DNA from: the human T2T-CHM13v2.0 reference genome, Homo sapiens
Length of the DNA: 64,000 nucleotides
Strand: one strand, 5' to 3'
NCBI RefSeq assembly: GCF_009914755.1
Contig: NC_060932.1
Made by a program: the position numbers and the translations under genes. Numbering within the stretch: position 1 is the stretch's first letter; every line of letters begins with the position of its first letter. The notes beneath the pieces are model-generated. The model worked only from the letters and a program-made list of their open reading frames with translations. It ran no database searches and was not told the origin of the DNA. Positions 1-15,713 of the stretch are shown here, piece after piece.

Positions 1-1436
1 AGAAAAAAGAGGAATACTTCCCCACATATCCAATGCAGTTACTATAACACTTATATCCAATCTAGACAAGGATAATACAAAAAGAAAAAATTACAGGTCC
101 ACCTTACCATGAACATAGATGCAGAGATGCAAACCAAATGTTAGCAAACCAAATCAAGCAGCATTTTAAAAAGATAATACATTGTGATTAAGCTGGGTTT
201 ATCCCAGGATGCAAAATTTATGAAATGTATAAACATAATTTACTGCATTAACAGATTAAGAGAGAAACCCATATGGTAATTTTCATTTATACAGAAAAGT
301 TTTGATAGTATTCAACACTTATTTATTTAAAAAAAAAATCTCTGCAAACTAGGAGTTGAGTAGAATTTCCTCACCCTATACAGGGCGTCTACTACAAACC
401 TATAGTAAACATCATTCTCCATGGTGAAACAGTAAAGCAGGATTCCTTTTTAAGGATTCCTCTGAAAATCAGAAATAAGACAAGGACACCTACCATTACC
501 CATCCACTGAACTTTACACTGTTGGTTCTAACTGTGGTAAGATACAAAAATTAAAAGGTATAAGGTTTGGAAAATAAAAACCAAAAATACCATTATTGGC
601 AGATGATATTATTTTTGTACCAAACACATACAAATAAATTATTAGACTTAATAAGAGAGTTTAGCAAGGTAGATGAATATAAAATCAATATTCAAAATCA
701 TTATTCAAAATCAATTGTACTTTTTTACACCATTAACAGTTAAAAACATACCCTATTAAAAGATATCATTTATAATAGAAGCAAATATCTGGGGTGCCTA
801 GAAGCAAATCTGAGAAAAGCCATGCAATACCTTTATGGAGAATTATTGAGACATTAAAGAAAGCCTAAATAAATGGAGAAATATGTCATGTTAATATATA
901 GAAAGATTCAATAATGTTGAGATGTCATAACTTCTCCCCAAACTCATGCAGATATCCCAATAAAAATCTCAACAGTGCTTTCTCAGGAACTTAAACCAAC
1001 TCTAAAATGTGTATCAAAGAACAAAAGCCTAAGATTAGAAAAGGCATTTCTAATAAGAAGAATGAAACAGCATTTTCCCTACTGGATAGCAAGACTTATT
1101 AGGAAGTTATACTAATTAAGACAGTATTGGCATTGATGCAGAAATAGACAAAATAATGAAACCACATAGAAAACTAAGAAACAGAACTTTGTATACGTTA
1201 AAATGATACATGACAGAGATGGCATTGCAAGTTATTGGAGGAAAGAATGGACTTTTAAATAAATAATACTGCAATGACTGTGTATACGGAAATATAAAAA
1301 TTGGATCCCTATTTTACACCAAATACAAAAATCAATTCTAGATATATTCATGCGTAAAAGATAAAACTTAAGACATTTTCTAAGAAAAAAGGATAATATA
1401 TTTATGATCTCAGAGTAGAGAATATTTATTGTATAA

Positions 1437-1811
<375 letters not shown>

Positions 1812-1855
1812 TAAAAGATTACTATAAAGTTATAAAGTAATCCACAAACTGGAAA

Positions 1856-1858
<3 letters not shown>

Positions 1859-1902
<44 letters not shown>
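1859..1902. repeat. (GT)22 microsatellite
   Basis: perfect dinucleotide run. Confidence 0.98.
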
Positions 1903-1905
<3 letters not shown>

Positions 1906-2032
1906 CTACAGAGCTCCTATAAACTAACAGGAAAAGAGGAGGAAAATGAAAAATAGTCAAAGGATACAGAACTATAGAAAATAAATATATCATGAGATGC
2001 TAATTTCACTAGTAATCAGAAAAATGCAATGA

Positions 2033-2383
<351 letters not shown>

Positions 2384-2440
2384 TAAAACATTGATACTAT
2401 TCGAAGTTGGCAAGAGTGTAAATTGATACAGTCCTTTTGG

Positions 2441-3200
2441 GGTTTTCTTGGTTTTTTATTTTATTTTATTTTTTATTTCATTGTATTTTATTTTTTATTT
2501 CAATAGGTTTGGGGGGAACAGGTGGTGTTTGGCTTCATTAATAAGTCCTTTAGTGGTTATTTCTGTGATTTTGCTGCACCCATCACCCGAGCAGTGTAAC
2601 CTGTACCCAATGTGTAGTCTTTTATCCATCACCCCCCTCCCACCCTTTCCCCCGAATCCCCAAAGTCCATTGTATCATTCTTATGCCTTTGCATCCTCAT
2701 GGCTTAGTTCCCACTTATGAGTGAGAACATACAATGTTTGGTTTTCCATTCCGTGAGTTACTTCACTTAGAATAATGGTCTCCAATGCCATCCAGGTTGC
2801 TGCAAATGCCATTATTTTGTTCATTTTTATGGCTGAGCAGTATTCCATGGCATATATATACTGCATTTTCTTTATCTACTTGTTGATTGATGGCATTTGA
2901 GCTGGTTCCATATTTTTGCAATTGCAAACTGCGCGGCAATAAACATGCGTATGCAAGCATCTTTTTCGTATGACTTCTCTTCCTCTGGGTAGATACCCAG
3001 GAGTGGGATTGCTGGATCAAATGATAGACCTACTTTTAATTCTTTAGGAATCTCCACACTGTTTTTCATAGTGATTGCACTATTTTACATTTCCACCAAC
3101 AGTGTAAAAGTGTTCCCTTTTCACCACAGCCATGCTGACATCTATTTTTTTAAATTTCTTGATTATGTCCATTCTTGCAGGAGTAAGGTGGTATTGCATG
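2441..3200 (-). mobile_element. L1PB-like 3' fragment
   Basis: L1 3'UTR and ORF2 C-terminus (minus-strand ORFs FAATWMALETIILSEV, FDPAIPLLGIYP); gtccttttgg on both sides as TSD. Confidence 0.88.
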
Positions 3201-3489
3201 ATAGGGTCCTTTTGGATAATAATTTTGGAGTGTTCATCAAAACTAAATATGGAGTACCCTTTGATCCCACTATTCTATTACTCAGGTATCTATCCCAAAG
3301 ATGTACGAAGATATACAGTATATGCAAATACGTTCATTGCAACAGTGTAAGAATGAGAAGGACTCTAATGTCCATCAATAGAGATAGTTAACTAAATTAC
3401 AATGCATTCACATTATGGAATGCAATGCAGTTATTTTAAAATTTAGTAGATTTAAACATACCGATACTGAAATAGCTGTAAGACATTCC

Positions 3490-3862
3490 CAGAGATCATA
3501 ATGCTCACCAAATGTTATATTTACTCCTGTTTCTAACACCTCTTGCATTTAAGCAAGTCCACATGATTAGTTCTGGCCAACAGGCTTAGAAAAAAGGTAA
3601 CGTGTCATTTCTGGGCCGAAATAGCAAAAACCTCATATCCTTCTCTGCAGCTGCACCTCTACTATGACAGCAACCAAAGAGGGTGCAGTTTTTAAAAGCG
3701 AAAACTCAAAAAGCCTAGGACCCTGAATAACTCTGTGAAGCAGCGATGTCCCCTGACCAATCCATAAAATATGAATAAGAAATAAATTGTAATTGTGTTA
3801 AAACCACTGGAACTTTGTCATCAATTTGTTACTGTAATACAACCTAGCCAAACCTAATTAAT
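3490..3862 (+). mobile_element. MaLR LTR (MLT1-type) remnant
   Basis: gtgtcatttctgggcc ... tgtgttaaaaccactgg ... tttgttactgtaatacaacctagcc resembles MLT1 LTR 3' end. Confidence 0.6.
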
Positions 3863-5438
3863 ATTTGTTAAGCGGTGGGGGAAAGCAAATCACAGGAAAA
3901 AAATTAAAAAGTATTATCCTATAAATGTTTTCTAAACTATATGTGTGTGTACCTTCTTATATATGAATGTAAATTATCAAAGGTTAACAATTTTTATCTC
4001 TGAGAAGGGGAAGTCAAAATCTCAGGAAGAGAAGAGATAAAATGATAAGGAATTCCATGCTTCTGTACTGCCTGAATTTTTCAAAAGCATATTTTACGCA
4101 TTGCTTGTATAGTTAGATATTTTCTAAAGAAAAAAGCTAGATTGCTTTTTAAATATAATCTAGGATTGCTTCCAAATCTTCCAACGTTTCACATGTACCA
4201 TCCCCATTAACATCTCTTTTCTACTCTCCTCTCTTCCTCAAATTGGAGAGTGGAAAACTCCAGACTAAGAGGCTGGCTCTTCGATATAAACGACTCAGAA
4301 CCCCAACTGATAGCCTTTTCAATGATGCTGTGTGGGAAACAAGTTAGCATTATTACCTAACAGAAAGTTTACAGTTTGCATCACTTTTCTGACAATGCCT
4401 GGAATTAGCAAATTAATTAGACTCAGAATTAGAATCCATTCTTGTTTTGTTACAAGCATAATTATATCCCACTATCAGGAAAGATTCTTCTAGGCCAACC
4501 TTCAACATTCATGATTAAAGTCTAAGTCACTCTCTAATGAAGGATGCCTTGCACAATTAGAGTAAACTGGGGGAAAGTGCATATGATTCTTCCCTAAAGC
4601 ATCCATTTCTAGAGATGCCAATCCTTCCCACTGATCCTTTAGCACTTTATTCTAAAGTACTCTTCCCCTAGGTTTTCTGCTATTTTCCTATCTTCGCACT
4701 AAGAGGTCTGTGACATTATCAGCTATTGCAAAGGAAGCTTTGGGCAAAGTAAATGGAGAAGTCTTTTTATCTTTAAAAGGTTATTTGGCTAAGCAGTTTT
4801 AATATTTTTCCTAAATAAGAATGTAGTATATTTTATGGGATATGTAGTTTACTAATGTATTTTATTCAAGTCATCTACAACCACCTTTACCTCTTTTAAG
4901 TTCCTTCTGAAATACTTCAACAATAATTCACATTCTATTTTAGGTATTTGTCTTTATATGGACTTCCATGGAGTTAAGCTAATGGTCTTTTGACTATTTT
5001 CGAATATCACAATCTGGTTGGGATCATTTGCATATGAGATATTTTTAGAGAATAGTTTGAACCATAAATTTTAAAACTCCAGTTCTATTAAGCTGAGATT
5101 TTGATAACTCAAAATGAAGGAAATGTGAATGCCTGAAGACACCTACAAAATAGTAAAATAGCAGATAAACCAATCTGCTATTTAAAGGATGTAACAACCA
5201 CATTCAATACCAAGTTCAATACTAGTAATAAAAGCTAACATGTAACAAATACTTTCTATGTGCCAGACATGGTGCATACATTATCATATTTAATCCTCAC
5301 AATAGGATGAAGAAGATATTGCAATTTTTCTTCAGTTTACAAATGAGAAAAATGACCAATATGTTGGTCAGTGTAGTAGTTTGCTAGGGCTGCCCTAACA
5401 AAGTAACACAAACTGAGTGGCTTAAACAATAGAAATTA

Positions 5439-5796
<358 letters not shown>

Positions 5797-6006
5797 TCAT
5801 ATTCTAGAGTCTAGAAGTCCAAAATCAAACTGTCAGCAGGGTTTGTTCCTTATAAGGACCATGAAGGAAGGATTTGCTCCAGGCCTCATTCCTTGACTTA
5901 TAGATGGTTGTTTGTCTTCTCTATGTCTTCACATCATCTTCCTTCTTAAGTGTCCACGTTCAAAGTTCCTCTTCTTTTTTTTTTTTATTTTGTTTGGGTT
6001 TTAAAA

Positions 6007-6008
<2 letters not shown>

Positions 6009-6051
<43 letters not shown>

Positions 6052-6097
6052 TTAGAGATGGGGTCTTGCTCTGTTGCCCAGGCTGGAGTGCAATGGC
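6009..6097 (-). mobile_element. (TTA)n tract plus Alu 3' fragment
   Basis: TTA repeat followed by agagatggggtcttgctctgttgcccaggctggagtgcaatggc. Confidence 0.85.
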
Positions 6098-7045
6098 AAA
6101 TGTCAAAAATGTTGCAAGAAATAGGACAAACATAATTTTGAATTCATAGTTGAGCTTTCATGAAAGGAAAAGATAGTTTCAGAGACCAAAAGCAAAGAAA
6201 GAACTAGAAACTAGAGAGAATGTTACAGCAGCCCTGGGAGGGTGGAAAGGATGGGTGCTGATCTCCAACACCTAGCGATTTGGATTTAACTGCTCATGGG
6301 AAAAGACCTCGGGCCACATGAGGTGGGAAATTAGAAACAACATCCCCAAATAGGCCTAGATGAAAGGGTAAACTAAAAAAAGTAAAAATCCAACCAGTAA
6401 TGGAAGTAAATTATAATAAAGAAGCTTGAATGGCATAACCTGGATCAGGTGTGAAAAAAATATTTTACCTGCGCTTGAAATGATGGATACCCCATTTACC
6501 CTGATGTGATTACTACGCATTGCATGCCTGTATCAAAATATCTCACATAACCCATAAAAACTAATTTTGAAAATATTTTAACTCAATTTTGCTATGGGCT
6601 CCTTCTTATGTGGGTTTGGGGTTTAGATTTACATAACCCAAATGATCTAGGAGCCCCTAAACCAAGTTATTAATTTTTAAAAAAGGTTTCCAGCTAACAA
6701 TGAAGCAAATTCAAAACTTCTCTGAGAGGACATGCCCTTAATCCAGATTACACAGGATTCCCACAGATAAAGCCTTGCCAAAAACAAGTGCATAACTCAA
6801 AATTACCAAACACATGGAAAATCAATCAACATACACAACAAAAGCAGTATTAGGCCTTCGGAGTGTTTAGATAATAGAGCTAACAGATGGAGACCATAAT
6901 ACATGTTCTAAGTAAAGACCTAAAAGACAAACTTTAAATATGAAAAAAGCCCAAGATACTATGTGAAAAGAACAGACTTGAAAACAAAACAATTAGAATT
7001 TTTACAAATCAAAAGTCTAGCGTGCTCATTAAAAGTTCAATTGAT

Positions 7046-7388
7046 TATTTATTTATGTATTTATTTATTTTAGAGGCAGGGTCAAACTCTGTTGCCCAAC
7101 TTAGAGAATCACAGCTCACTGCAGACTTGAACTCCTGGGCTCAAGCAATCCTCTTGCCTCAGCCTCCTGAGTAGCTAGGACTACAGGCACATGCCACCAC
7201 ACCTGGCTAATTTTTATAAATTAAATTAAAACCGCAATTACTTTTGCACCGACCTAATTTTTTTTTTTTTAAGAAATGATGTCTCACTATGCTGCCTAGG
7301 CTGGTCTCAAACTCCTGGCCTCAAGCTATCCTCCCATCTCAGTCTCCCAAAGCACTGGGATTACAGGTGTGAGCCACTGCACCTGGCT
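7046..7388 (-). mobile_element. Alu (AluJ-like) with a foreign insert in the linker
   Basis: Alu consensus on both sides of 7215-7257. Confidence 0.88.
7228..7257 (-). mobile_element. Solo Hsmar1/MADE1 terminal inverted repeat
   Basis: reverse complement ttaggtcggtgcaaaagtaattgcggttt matches the MADE1 TIR. Confidence 0.88.
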
Positions 7389-9524
7389 CTCAATAGATAG
7401 TTTACAAAGCAGTTAATATAAATATGAAGGGAAAATTAGTGAACTGGGAAACCAACCTGAGGGAGTACCCTGAAGACAGCACACAGAAACAAAGCAAAAC
7501 AAAGGCCTAATGTATTTATTCATATTCCTGAAAAAGAAAAAAGAAATGGCAGGGCAAATACTCAAAATGAGAAAGACTAATAATGTTAATGAAAGACATA
7601 AACCCTCTGGTTCAGGAAAGAGAAATCCTGAGTATGGTAAATACAAAGAAATCCACAGTTAGAACTATTTTGGTGAAACCACAGAACCCGAAGACACTGC
7701 GAAGACCTTGGATGAAGCCACAGAGAAAACAGAAGTAAGTAGACAATGAGATAGAGTTTTGGGTGCAAAATGTTTATTAGGGATCAACTCCCAGGAGAGG
7801 AAAAGGGTGGAAGGAGAACTGAGCAGAGGGAGAAATCACACTGTGATGTGGCCTGACAAGGCCTCAGCCAACCCAGCAGGGAGCTCAGAGGAAAGAGTAA
7901 CCTTTCAGAGTGTCCTGCACTGGGCTGAAACGGGTGGCCAGGTCTGTCTATCCCTGCCACGCTCAGTTGCAGAAGGCAGGTATTCCATAGAACATGAGTT
8001 CAGGGGAAGCAGTTCTCTGCAGCTGAGACAGATCTGAAAAGAGCTGACAGGTAGAGGCTGTGTGATGGTCACAGTCCTCCCCATCTGGACAGGAAGTGCC
8101 TCCTGGAAGAGGGATCTGGGAGGCACATCTCTGCATCTAACATAGGAGTAATCTACATGGAATGACAATTCAACTGACAGATTTTTTAGCAGCAGCAAGA
8201 AAACAAAACAAAATAAAACAAAAGATAATGGGATAATATCCTCAAAGAACTGAAAAAAAACAAAAAACAAAAAAGAAAAACTGGCAGCCTGGATTTCAAA
8301 TCCAGCCAACTTACCATTCAACAGTGAGGGTGAAATAAAGCCACAGGAACAAAGACTACAAGTGTTTACTACTAATTGACCCTCACCAACAAAACTACTA
8401 AAAGATGTGTTTCAGGAAGAAGGAAAATGAACCAAAAAGGAAGGGCCGAAATGTAAGGAGTGATGAGCAAAGAAATATATAACCATATGTCCAAATTTCA
8501 CTATATAAAATAGTGTTTTGAAGATGATTAATCTGTAGTGCCTAAAAACAAGATGGAACTAAAACTCAGGAAAATAGTAGTGTTTATGAAAAAGAGTGTC
8601 GTCAGAGTTAAACCATTCAAAAATTCATATATTTGATAGGAGAAGGGTAAAGTTGTTTAACTTTAGATTTAAGTCAATTATGCTGTCAACACTTAAAGGA
8701 TCACCCCAGAAGGATAGAAATTTCCAAACCATAGGAAGTTAAGGTTAAAATGTAAAAGAAAACTCAAGCGAGCTATTAAAATGTAGGAGCAGAGGAAAAA
8801 ATAGAAATAGAAAAGTCCAGGTAGACAGATAGCACAAAATAAGATAGAAATAAATTCAATACATCAGTAATTACAATAAATATAATCTAACTGTATTAAT
8901 TAAAAGTCAGATATTGGCAGTTTTCATATAAAAAACAAATCAACAACAAAATTCAGATATATATTGCTTAAAGAGACATATAGCTAAAGCAAAAGGATGC
9001 AAAGAGGTTGGAAACAAAAAAATGAAAAAAGATGTACCAGGTACACACTAACCAAGAACAATATAGCTATAGTGTCATTGAAAGCATTTTCAGGAATAAA
9101 GATGTTCGCTATGTTATAATAAAAAGATAAAAGGAAAACACCACCAGGAAGATTCAGCAATTCAAAATGTTATGCTTTTAATATTAGAGCATCAAATACA
9201 GAATGGGAATTTATAATCAAAGTAGAAAGTTTCAACACATCTTTCAGTAACTGATAGATCAAGAAAACACAAAATTAGTAAGAACATGGAAGATTTAAAT
9301 AATAAAGTTAAGAAAATACCATTGTGGTTATGTCTTCACTGGTCTAAAACCTTCCATGACTCCCTATTGCCTATAGCATCAAATTGAAATTCTTCTTCTT
9401 GATCCTAAAGTTGCACCACAGTTGGCACCATCCTGACCATTTGCCAAGCCTATTTCTTACCTGTCCCCAATACAAATCATCTATTCTAGGCAAATCAAAT
9501 TGCTAGTGAACCAGAAAGAAGAAG

Positions 9525-9760
9525 CTTTATGATGTAGTGTTTATGTGCATGGACTCTGAGATCGGACTGCAAAGGTTCAAATCCTGATTCTACAAACTAT
9601 TAACTGCATAGTAACTTAATAACTTAATCTTTATGACCCTCAGTCTTCTCATCTATAAGATGAGGATATTGATAACATCTACCTCTTAGGCCTGTTGTGG
9701 GATTTATAAAGACAATCAGTGACTGACATATTATACTTGCCATAAGAATTAGCTACATCC
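9525..9760 (+). mobile_element. MIR remnant
   Basis: ggttcaaatcctgattcta...cctcagtcttctcatctataagatgaggata core. Confidence 0.7.
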
Positions 9761-12379
9761 CTTTATTCATATTGTTACCATCTACTGGAATGCTCCTTTC
9801 CTTCTCCTATCTATTAAAACTCAGGCTCCAAAGCCAACTCAGGAACTTCCTCTTTCATAAAGCCTTCACCAGTTACTCCCTCCAGCCTTCATTTATCTCC
9901 CTCTCCTACAATACAGTAGTTCTTAACCTTGTGAAAGAGGGATAGGGAGTCACAGATGCCACTGAGAATCTGATGGGAAAAAATCTTCTATTCATAAAAA
10001 TGCACATGCATACACACATTTGCATAAAACTTCAAGGGATTCATGTCCCTCTGAAGCTCACCCATGGAACCCCAATTACAAACATCTGACTTCAAGTCTA
10101 TGCTTCACCATCACCTACCCTGTTCTCCTGAGGCCATCTTAACAAAAGTACGGACAGCTAACAAGGAGCTGGAAGAGGCACAGAGAGAAGCTGGTGAAGC
10201 TCACTTCATACATAAGGAAATTCACAGAGAGATAAAGTGACTGGCCAAAGCCATATACAACTATGGAGTGACAGAGATGGAGCTGGAGGCTGTCTCCTGA
10301 CTACCCCTATAGAGTTCTTTGCAAGTGTGCTTGATGAACTAATCTCCAACTCACAGAACTCTAAAACTAAGAAATCATGTTAGCCCATTTTTCAGGTGGG
10401 GTGATGATCCCTTAGGGAATTTGTCTCCAGGTAATCAGGCCAAAAGTCCCAAGACTCATACTCAGAATAATAATTACTAAACATACTAGTAGTGTTTGGT
10501 TTTTGTTTTCTTTTACTTTACTTCCTTGTATTAACATTTCCTCACTAACTTTCTCTGAAGCAATATCAAACTAGGAAGCACAAACCTGTCCCAATGTTAT
10601 TATTTGGGGAAGGTAATTTTGAAGCTGTCTTTAAAACTTGTCTGTAACTGTAACAATCAAAGGACATCATCAGTTCTAGATCTTGAGCTAGAAAAGAGAT
10701 AGTCAATCCACAATCTTTCCATTCTCAGATTCAACTTTATAAACATAAATATTTTATAAATATCTCCTCTATCTTCTTCTCTATGACATTTTTCCAGAAC
10801 AAGTAACAAACAATAAAATGGACTATACGCTGCCCATTCTCTCTTTAAGGGCAAGCAAAGAAAAAAGAAAAGAATTACAAATAAGCTATGAAACACAATA
10901 ATCAGCCTCCACATAATTAAAAACTGATTGACATCTGTATAGTCACAGACTCCTTGTGCACACAGGAAGCTGTTTCACTAAGTGAAATCATACAATCAGC
11001 CTAGGAAATGAGATAAATGACTCAGAAAGAGGGGGAGGTTTGTAAAATGAGATATACTGGAAAAAACTTTAATCAACAACTAGGAAAGAAAGCACTTTAT
11101 AAGAAAACAACATTGGAGCACCTGAAGTATGTAGGTTTGAAACAAAAGAAAAGGATCATAGAGATGAATTGCAAAGGCCACCTCTTCAAAACCCTTCATT
11201 CTCAAGATAAATAAGGGGAAGCCTGAGACCTAAACTTTGTTTCCTTTGAAATTCACAGGCTTTCCAGGGAAGAAAATCCAGGATACACCATAAGAAGTCA
11301 GCTTCCTCAGCTAAAAATTCACAGTATTTTGGATAATGAGGCAAGGGAAATAAACATTAGGAAATGCAAGGAACATTATTTATACATTCTAAATAAGTCC
11401 TATTTAGGCCTGGGGGAAAGCACCTATGCTACAAGCAACTGAATCTTCTGCATCCCCAAGCGGCCCAGGGAGCTGACAAGACTGGTGCACTCTCAGTGGC
11501 TGACAAGTACACAGTGACACCTACTTGCCACTAAGAGGTTCTTTCCTTTGCTGTCTTCCTTTGGCAAATAAAAACACTTCAAAAAGGAAAAGTGTAGGCT
11601 ACAGAACTGACCACATATGTGGTCAGAGTTTTGGTTTTTCTATCCATTGTTTTCACTTTTCACGGATGTGTTCTAAAAAATAATGGGTTAATAATGTTTA
11701 GAAATAATTCATGGTTAAGAAGGGCCAGGAATTTGTGTTTATTCGGCATAATCACAACTTCATAACTTCCCTGTGTATTCTTAATATTGCTCTAGTGGGA
11801 AGTTTAAAAGAAAGATTTGATTGGCAGTCACTTCATTTAGAAAGGATTGATATTTCATACATGGTCTATGACTACAAAGGCAAATTGAAGGCTGCATGGC
11901 AACAAGGTTGCTTTCCTTAGGGGAAAGGTATTCCGGACTCAGCTGCCTCGTCTGGAGTAAATCTACTCTAAAGCAATTTACAAAAACTGTTCAGGTGTTA
12001 CTGATTAATAAAAACCTAAAAGGATTTTTTACTCATTGTAACTTTAAATTCATAAATTAAAATGTAATTAAAATGATAGATTAATAAGCAGATCTAAATA
12101 TTCTGTTATTAGATTCTTTGAGTGCAAATATCCCTAAAATTCTGGAAATTCAGCTTTCCATTTTATATCAGTCTTTCATCCATGTAGCTGATCTGCTTAT
12201 AGAAGTAAAATCTAAAGACCAATACCAATCTCATTCTCTTAGGATACAATGATGATGTTTTATGAATAAAAACTATCAGCTAGTGGTGCTTACTTACAGG
12301 TGGTAATAAGATTGTGGCAAATGCAAAAAAACTGCATCTAGCAATTTTTGGAAAATAAAAACCATTGTGTCTTTTACAG

Positions 12380-13365
12380 CATTGGAGCTCAGAAAAACAA
12401 TGCCCCAAAGTAAGGTGCTTTGATATGCTGAGTACTTTGAGCCGAAGGATACTGGAAGGACCCTAGAAACAAAGTCTCTCTCTGGGCTTCTCCTGCCCTC
12501 CTGTCTCCTGGTCCCCCTTCTACCCTAAGGCAGGCCATAGAAATCAGAATTCCTCTGCCCCACAGTGGGTCATAGAAACTAAACATATTTCTCTCAACTT
12601 CCATTGCCTTTCTGCATATGAGCTGGCCATAAAGAAATTCTCTGGTCTACCTTGTCTGATAGTAGATCATAAAACCCTTATTCCAGAAGGGGTCCTGCTC
12701 TATACCAGGGAGGAAGGAATGCCACACAGAGAGGCCAAGAAGAATCCAAATAGTCAGGCCTTGCTGGATTGTTCCCCTTCAATCTATTACATTAGATTAT
12801 TTCCTTTTTGTCCAATCCCATTTTTACATGGTTGTCCACTCCTCATTGAATCTAAGCATAAAAATGGACAGTTTTCCCTTGGGTCTTTGAGTCTTCATTG
12901 TGAATGCTTCCGTGTCACGCAAAATTCTGACTGAATAAATTTGCCGTGCTTTTGTCTTGTTAACCTGTCTTTCATTATAGGAGTGTCAACCATGACAACC
13001 CCCCTCCTTTTTCTTTCTTTCTTTCTTTTTTTTTGAAATGCTCCATTGGCCAGGCTGCAGTGCAGTGGCCCAATCTCGGCTCACTGCAACCTCCAACCTC
13101 CCAGGTTCAAGCGATTCTCCTGCCTCAGTTTCCCAAGTAGCTGGGATTACAGGCGCCCGCCACCACGACTGGCTAATTTTTGTATTTTTAGTAGAGAAAG
13201 GGTTTCGCCATGTTAGCCAGGCTGGTCTCAAACTCCTGACCTCAGGTGATCTGCCCACCTCGGCCTCCCAAAGTGCTGGGATTATAGGCATGAGCCACCA
13301 CTCCCGGCAGCCATGACCCTTTTGAGGGCTGAGGAAAGGTATCACAGCATTTTCACCCTGCAACA
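12380..13365 (+). mobile_element. ERV1-class solo LTR (MER39/MER34-like), interrupted by an Alu
   Basis: starts ttggagctcagaaaaacaatgccccaaag; aataaa in the R region; ends ttttcaccctgcaaca; subfamily from memory. Confidence 0.65.
13007..13311 (-). mobile_element. Alu (AluS-like)
   Basis: Alu consensus; ccatgac on both sides. Confidence 0.93.
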
Positions 13366-14977
13366 GAGACCAAAACAACTTAAATCAGTTCCAAAAGTCT
13401 ACCATCAATTTTACTATCCTAAAATCCAAAGTTCTTTATAGGTGAATGTACAATATTTCGTCGTTTTTCTATCTGCTTCTACATTAACTACACAAAATGC
13501 TGTATCTTCTTTGTTCCTCTTTAAAATAAAATAATAAACTTTTAGTACAGGTTTCTCACTAAGACTGAAATACATAAATACAAGTTTTGTCTATGATTAA
13601 GAAATTTTTTTCTTTTAAGTACTTCCAAATTAAAATCTCAAATCAGTAAAAATGAGCCATGTGGAAATAATGTAAGCATTTCAAGGGCCCTTTTCTCCTA
13701 TTTTATCAAATTACTGGCACATTGAATTTCCTAGACAAAAATACTTTTATAAACTATGCTCACAGCAGGATTAAAGAATGGTTGAATCATCCCTAACAAT
13801 TTCCGCTACCAAAAAGAGGCAACTGAAAAAACAGACATTTAGAAAGTAAATCCAAGTTAATGTGGCATCAAAGAATGAAAAGGAAATTTCTTACAAAAAT
13901 GTTTTACTGACCAAAGTAGTTATGTTTTGAGGGAACATGAAAGGTATTGCTTTCATGGCTTTAACCTTCTTATTCCTGCTTTGGGAAAAACTCTCCCTTC
14001 CAGGTTCACTTTACAATAATTGCTGCTTTTTCTGCCCTGCACCTCACCTCACTTTTCCCTTTCTTGAGGAATGTTCTTAAGGCTCTAGAGAGAGCTAAGA
14101 TAGAAAATAAGAGTGGGAAAGAAATACTTGGAAAACAAGCATAAGGAGGACTATCATGACATGTGACTACAAAAAAAGTTGCTTGGGGCCAGATCATAAA
14201 CATCCAAGACCAAGAATAGTCATTATTTCATTAAGGAGAAAGGAGGGTCTTTGAGAAGAGTGATTTGGCCAGATGCACAAAAGGTAAAGCTTCAGGACTG
14301 CCCTGAAAAGAGTATGGAAGCAGGAAATGTTGGGATGCTCCTAGGATGGTTCCCAGGATATCAGTCAGGGCAGCAAACAGGCAGTGGTCAAGCTGGGTAA
14401 TTTAAGAAAGATAAACAAAGAATACTTGCAGAGATGTGGGCAGTTTAAGGAAACTGACAATAACGGTAGTGCTGCATTAGCAGAGAACTATAATCACTCC
14501 TAGGCCTGCAGCAACCAAGGGAGCAGCTAGAGGAGCAGGAGGAAGATGGCTGCGTGGACAGGGCTACCTGATGGGAGCTGTGGCCTTTTGATGGACTTTT
14601 GATGGCAATCTGCATGCGTGCCCTCACTCTCTTCACGCCTTCTGATCTTCTGTCACTGCCCCTGCTGGCCAAACCCAGTTGGAAGCCAGGGACAGAGTGG
14701 AGAAAGAATATGGAGAAGCAGATGAAAGAGATCCAGTCTAGGAAAATAGTGGCAAGGTCATGGCAGTGGGAATGGAAAAGGTACAATATAGAGATAAGCC
14801 AAACAAGACTTTTACATTGATTGGATTTGGAGATAGGAAGAGAAAAGTCAAGGATGATGTCATAGTTTCAAGCCCAAGCTCTAGACTAGAATGATGATAA
14901 CATCAACTCAATGTCGGCATAGTGCCTCAGGCATCAAAGGCCTTCTATAAACATTTCCTGGGAGAAAAAGAGGGGAG

Positions 14978-15011
<34 letters not shown>

Positions 15012-15026
15012 ATGGATGGATGGATG
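14978..15026. repeat. (GGAT)n microsatellite
   Basis: about 12 tetramer units. Confidence 0.95.
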
Positions 15027-15416
15027 AAGGAGAAGCAAATCTGGGAGATGATGATATGTTATGTCGTTTTAGCCATATTGAGTTTAGAATATGGCGGAAA
15101 AGCCCAGTAGGTAGTTGAAGATTAAATCCTAGAGCTCCGAAAAAGAAAGAAAAATGTACCTGTAAGAACCAGCTGCACAAAAGTGGTAGCTGGCACCATG
15201 CAAGTGGATGACATGTCACAGGGAGCACATAGAGAGAAAAAGTGGGATCTGATGACCAAACTTAGGATCTCTCTGTATTTACGGGATATAAGGAAGAAGG
15301 GAAACCAACAAAAGAAAAAGACAATATATACCACCATTTGCTGTACTATTAATATATATTCATATATATTTATACATCTCTGGTAGGCCTCCTTTTTCTT
15401 TTTTTAATGAAGGAGG

Positions 15417-15713
15417 TTTTTATTTATTTATTTCAGAATCAGGAGATGCTCTGTTGCCCAGGCTGCAGTGCAGTGGCACCATCACAGCTCAGTGTAACTT
15501 CAAACTCCTGGGCTCAAGGGAGCCTTCCTCAGCCTCCTGAGTAGCTGGGACTACAAACGCATGCCACTACAGCCAGCTAATTTTTTTACTTTTTGTAGAG
15601 ACGGGGTCTCACCATCTTATTCACGCTGGTCTCAAACTCCTGGTCTCAAGGGATCTTCCCGCCTTGGCCTCCCAGTGTTCTGAGATTACAGGTGTGAGCC
15701 ACCACGCCTGGCC
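15417..15713 (-). mobile_element. Alu (AluJ-like)
   Basis: Alu consensus. Confidence 0.9.

Larger units (their letters stand above)
6600..9310 (+). mobile_element. Old L1 (L1M) ORF1/ORF2-start remnant, fragmented
   Basis: A-rich with L1-like motifs (tccagccaacttaccattca, ttcaacacatctttcagtaactgatagatcaag). Confidence 0.6.

Noticed and set aside
2681-3350. ORFs resembling L1 ORF2 C-terminus
   Set aside because: Frameshifted fragments of dead L1 copies
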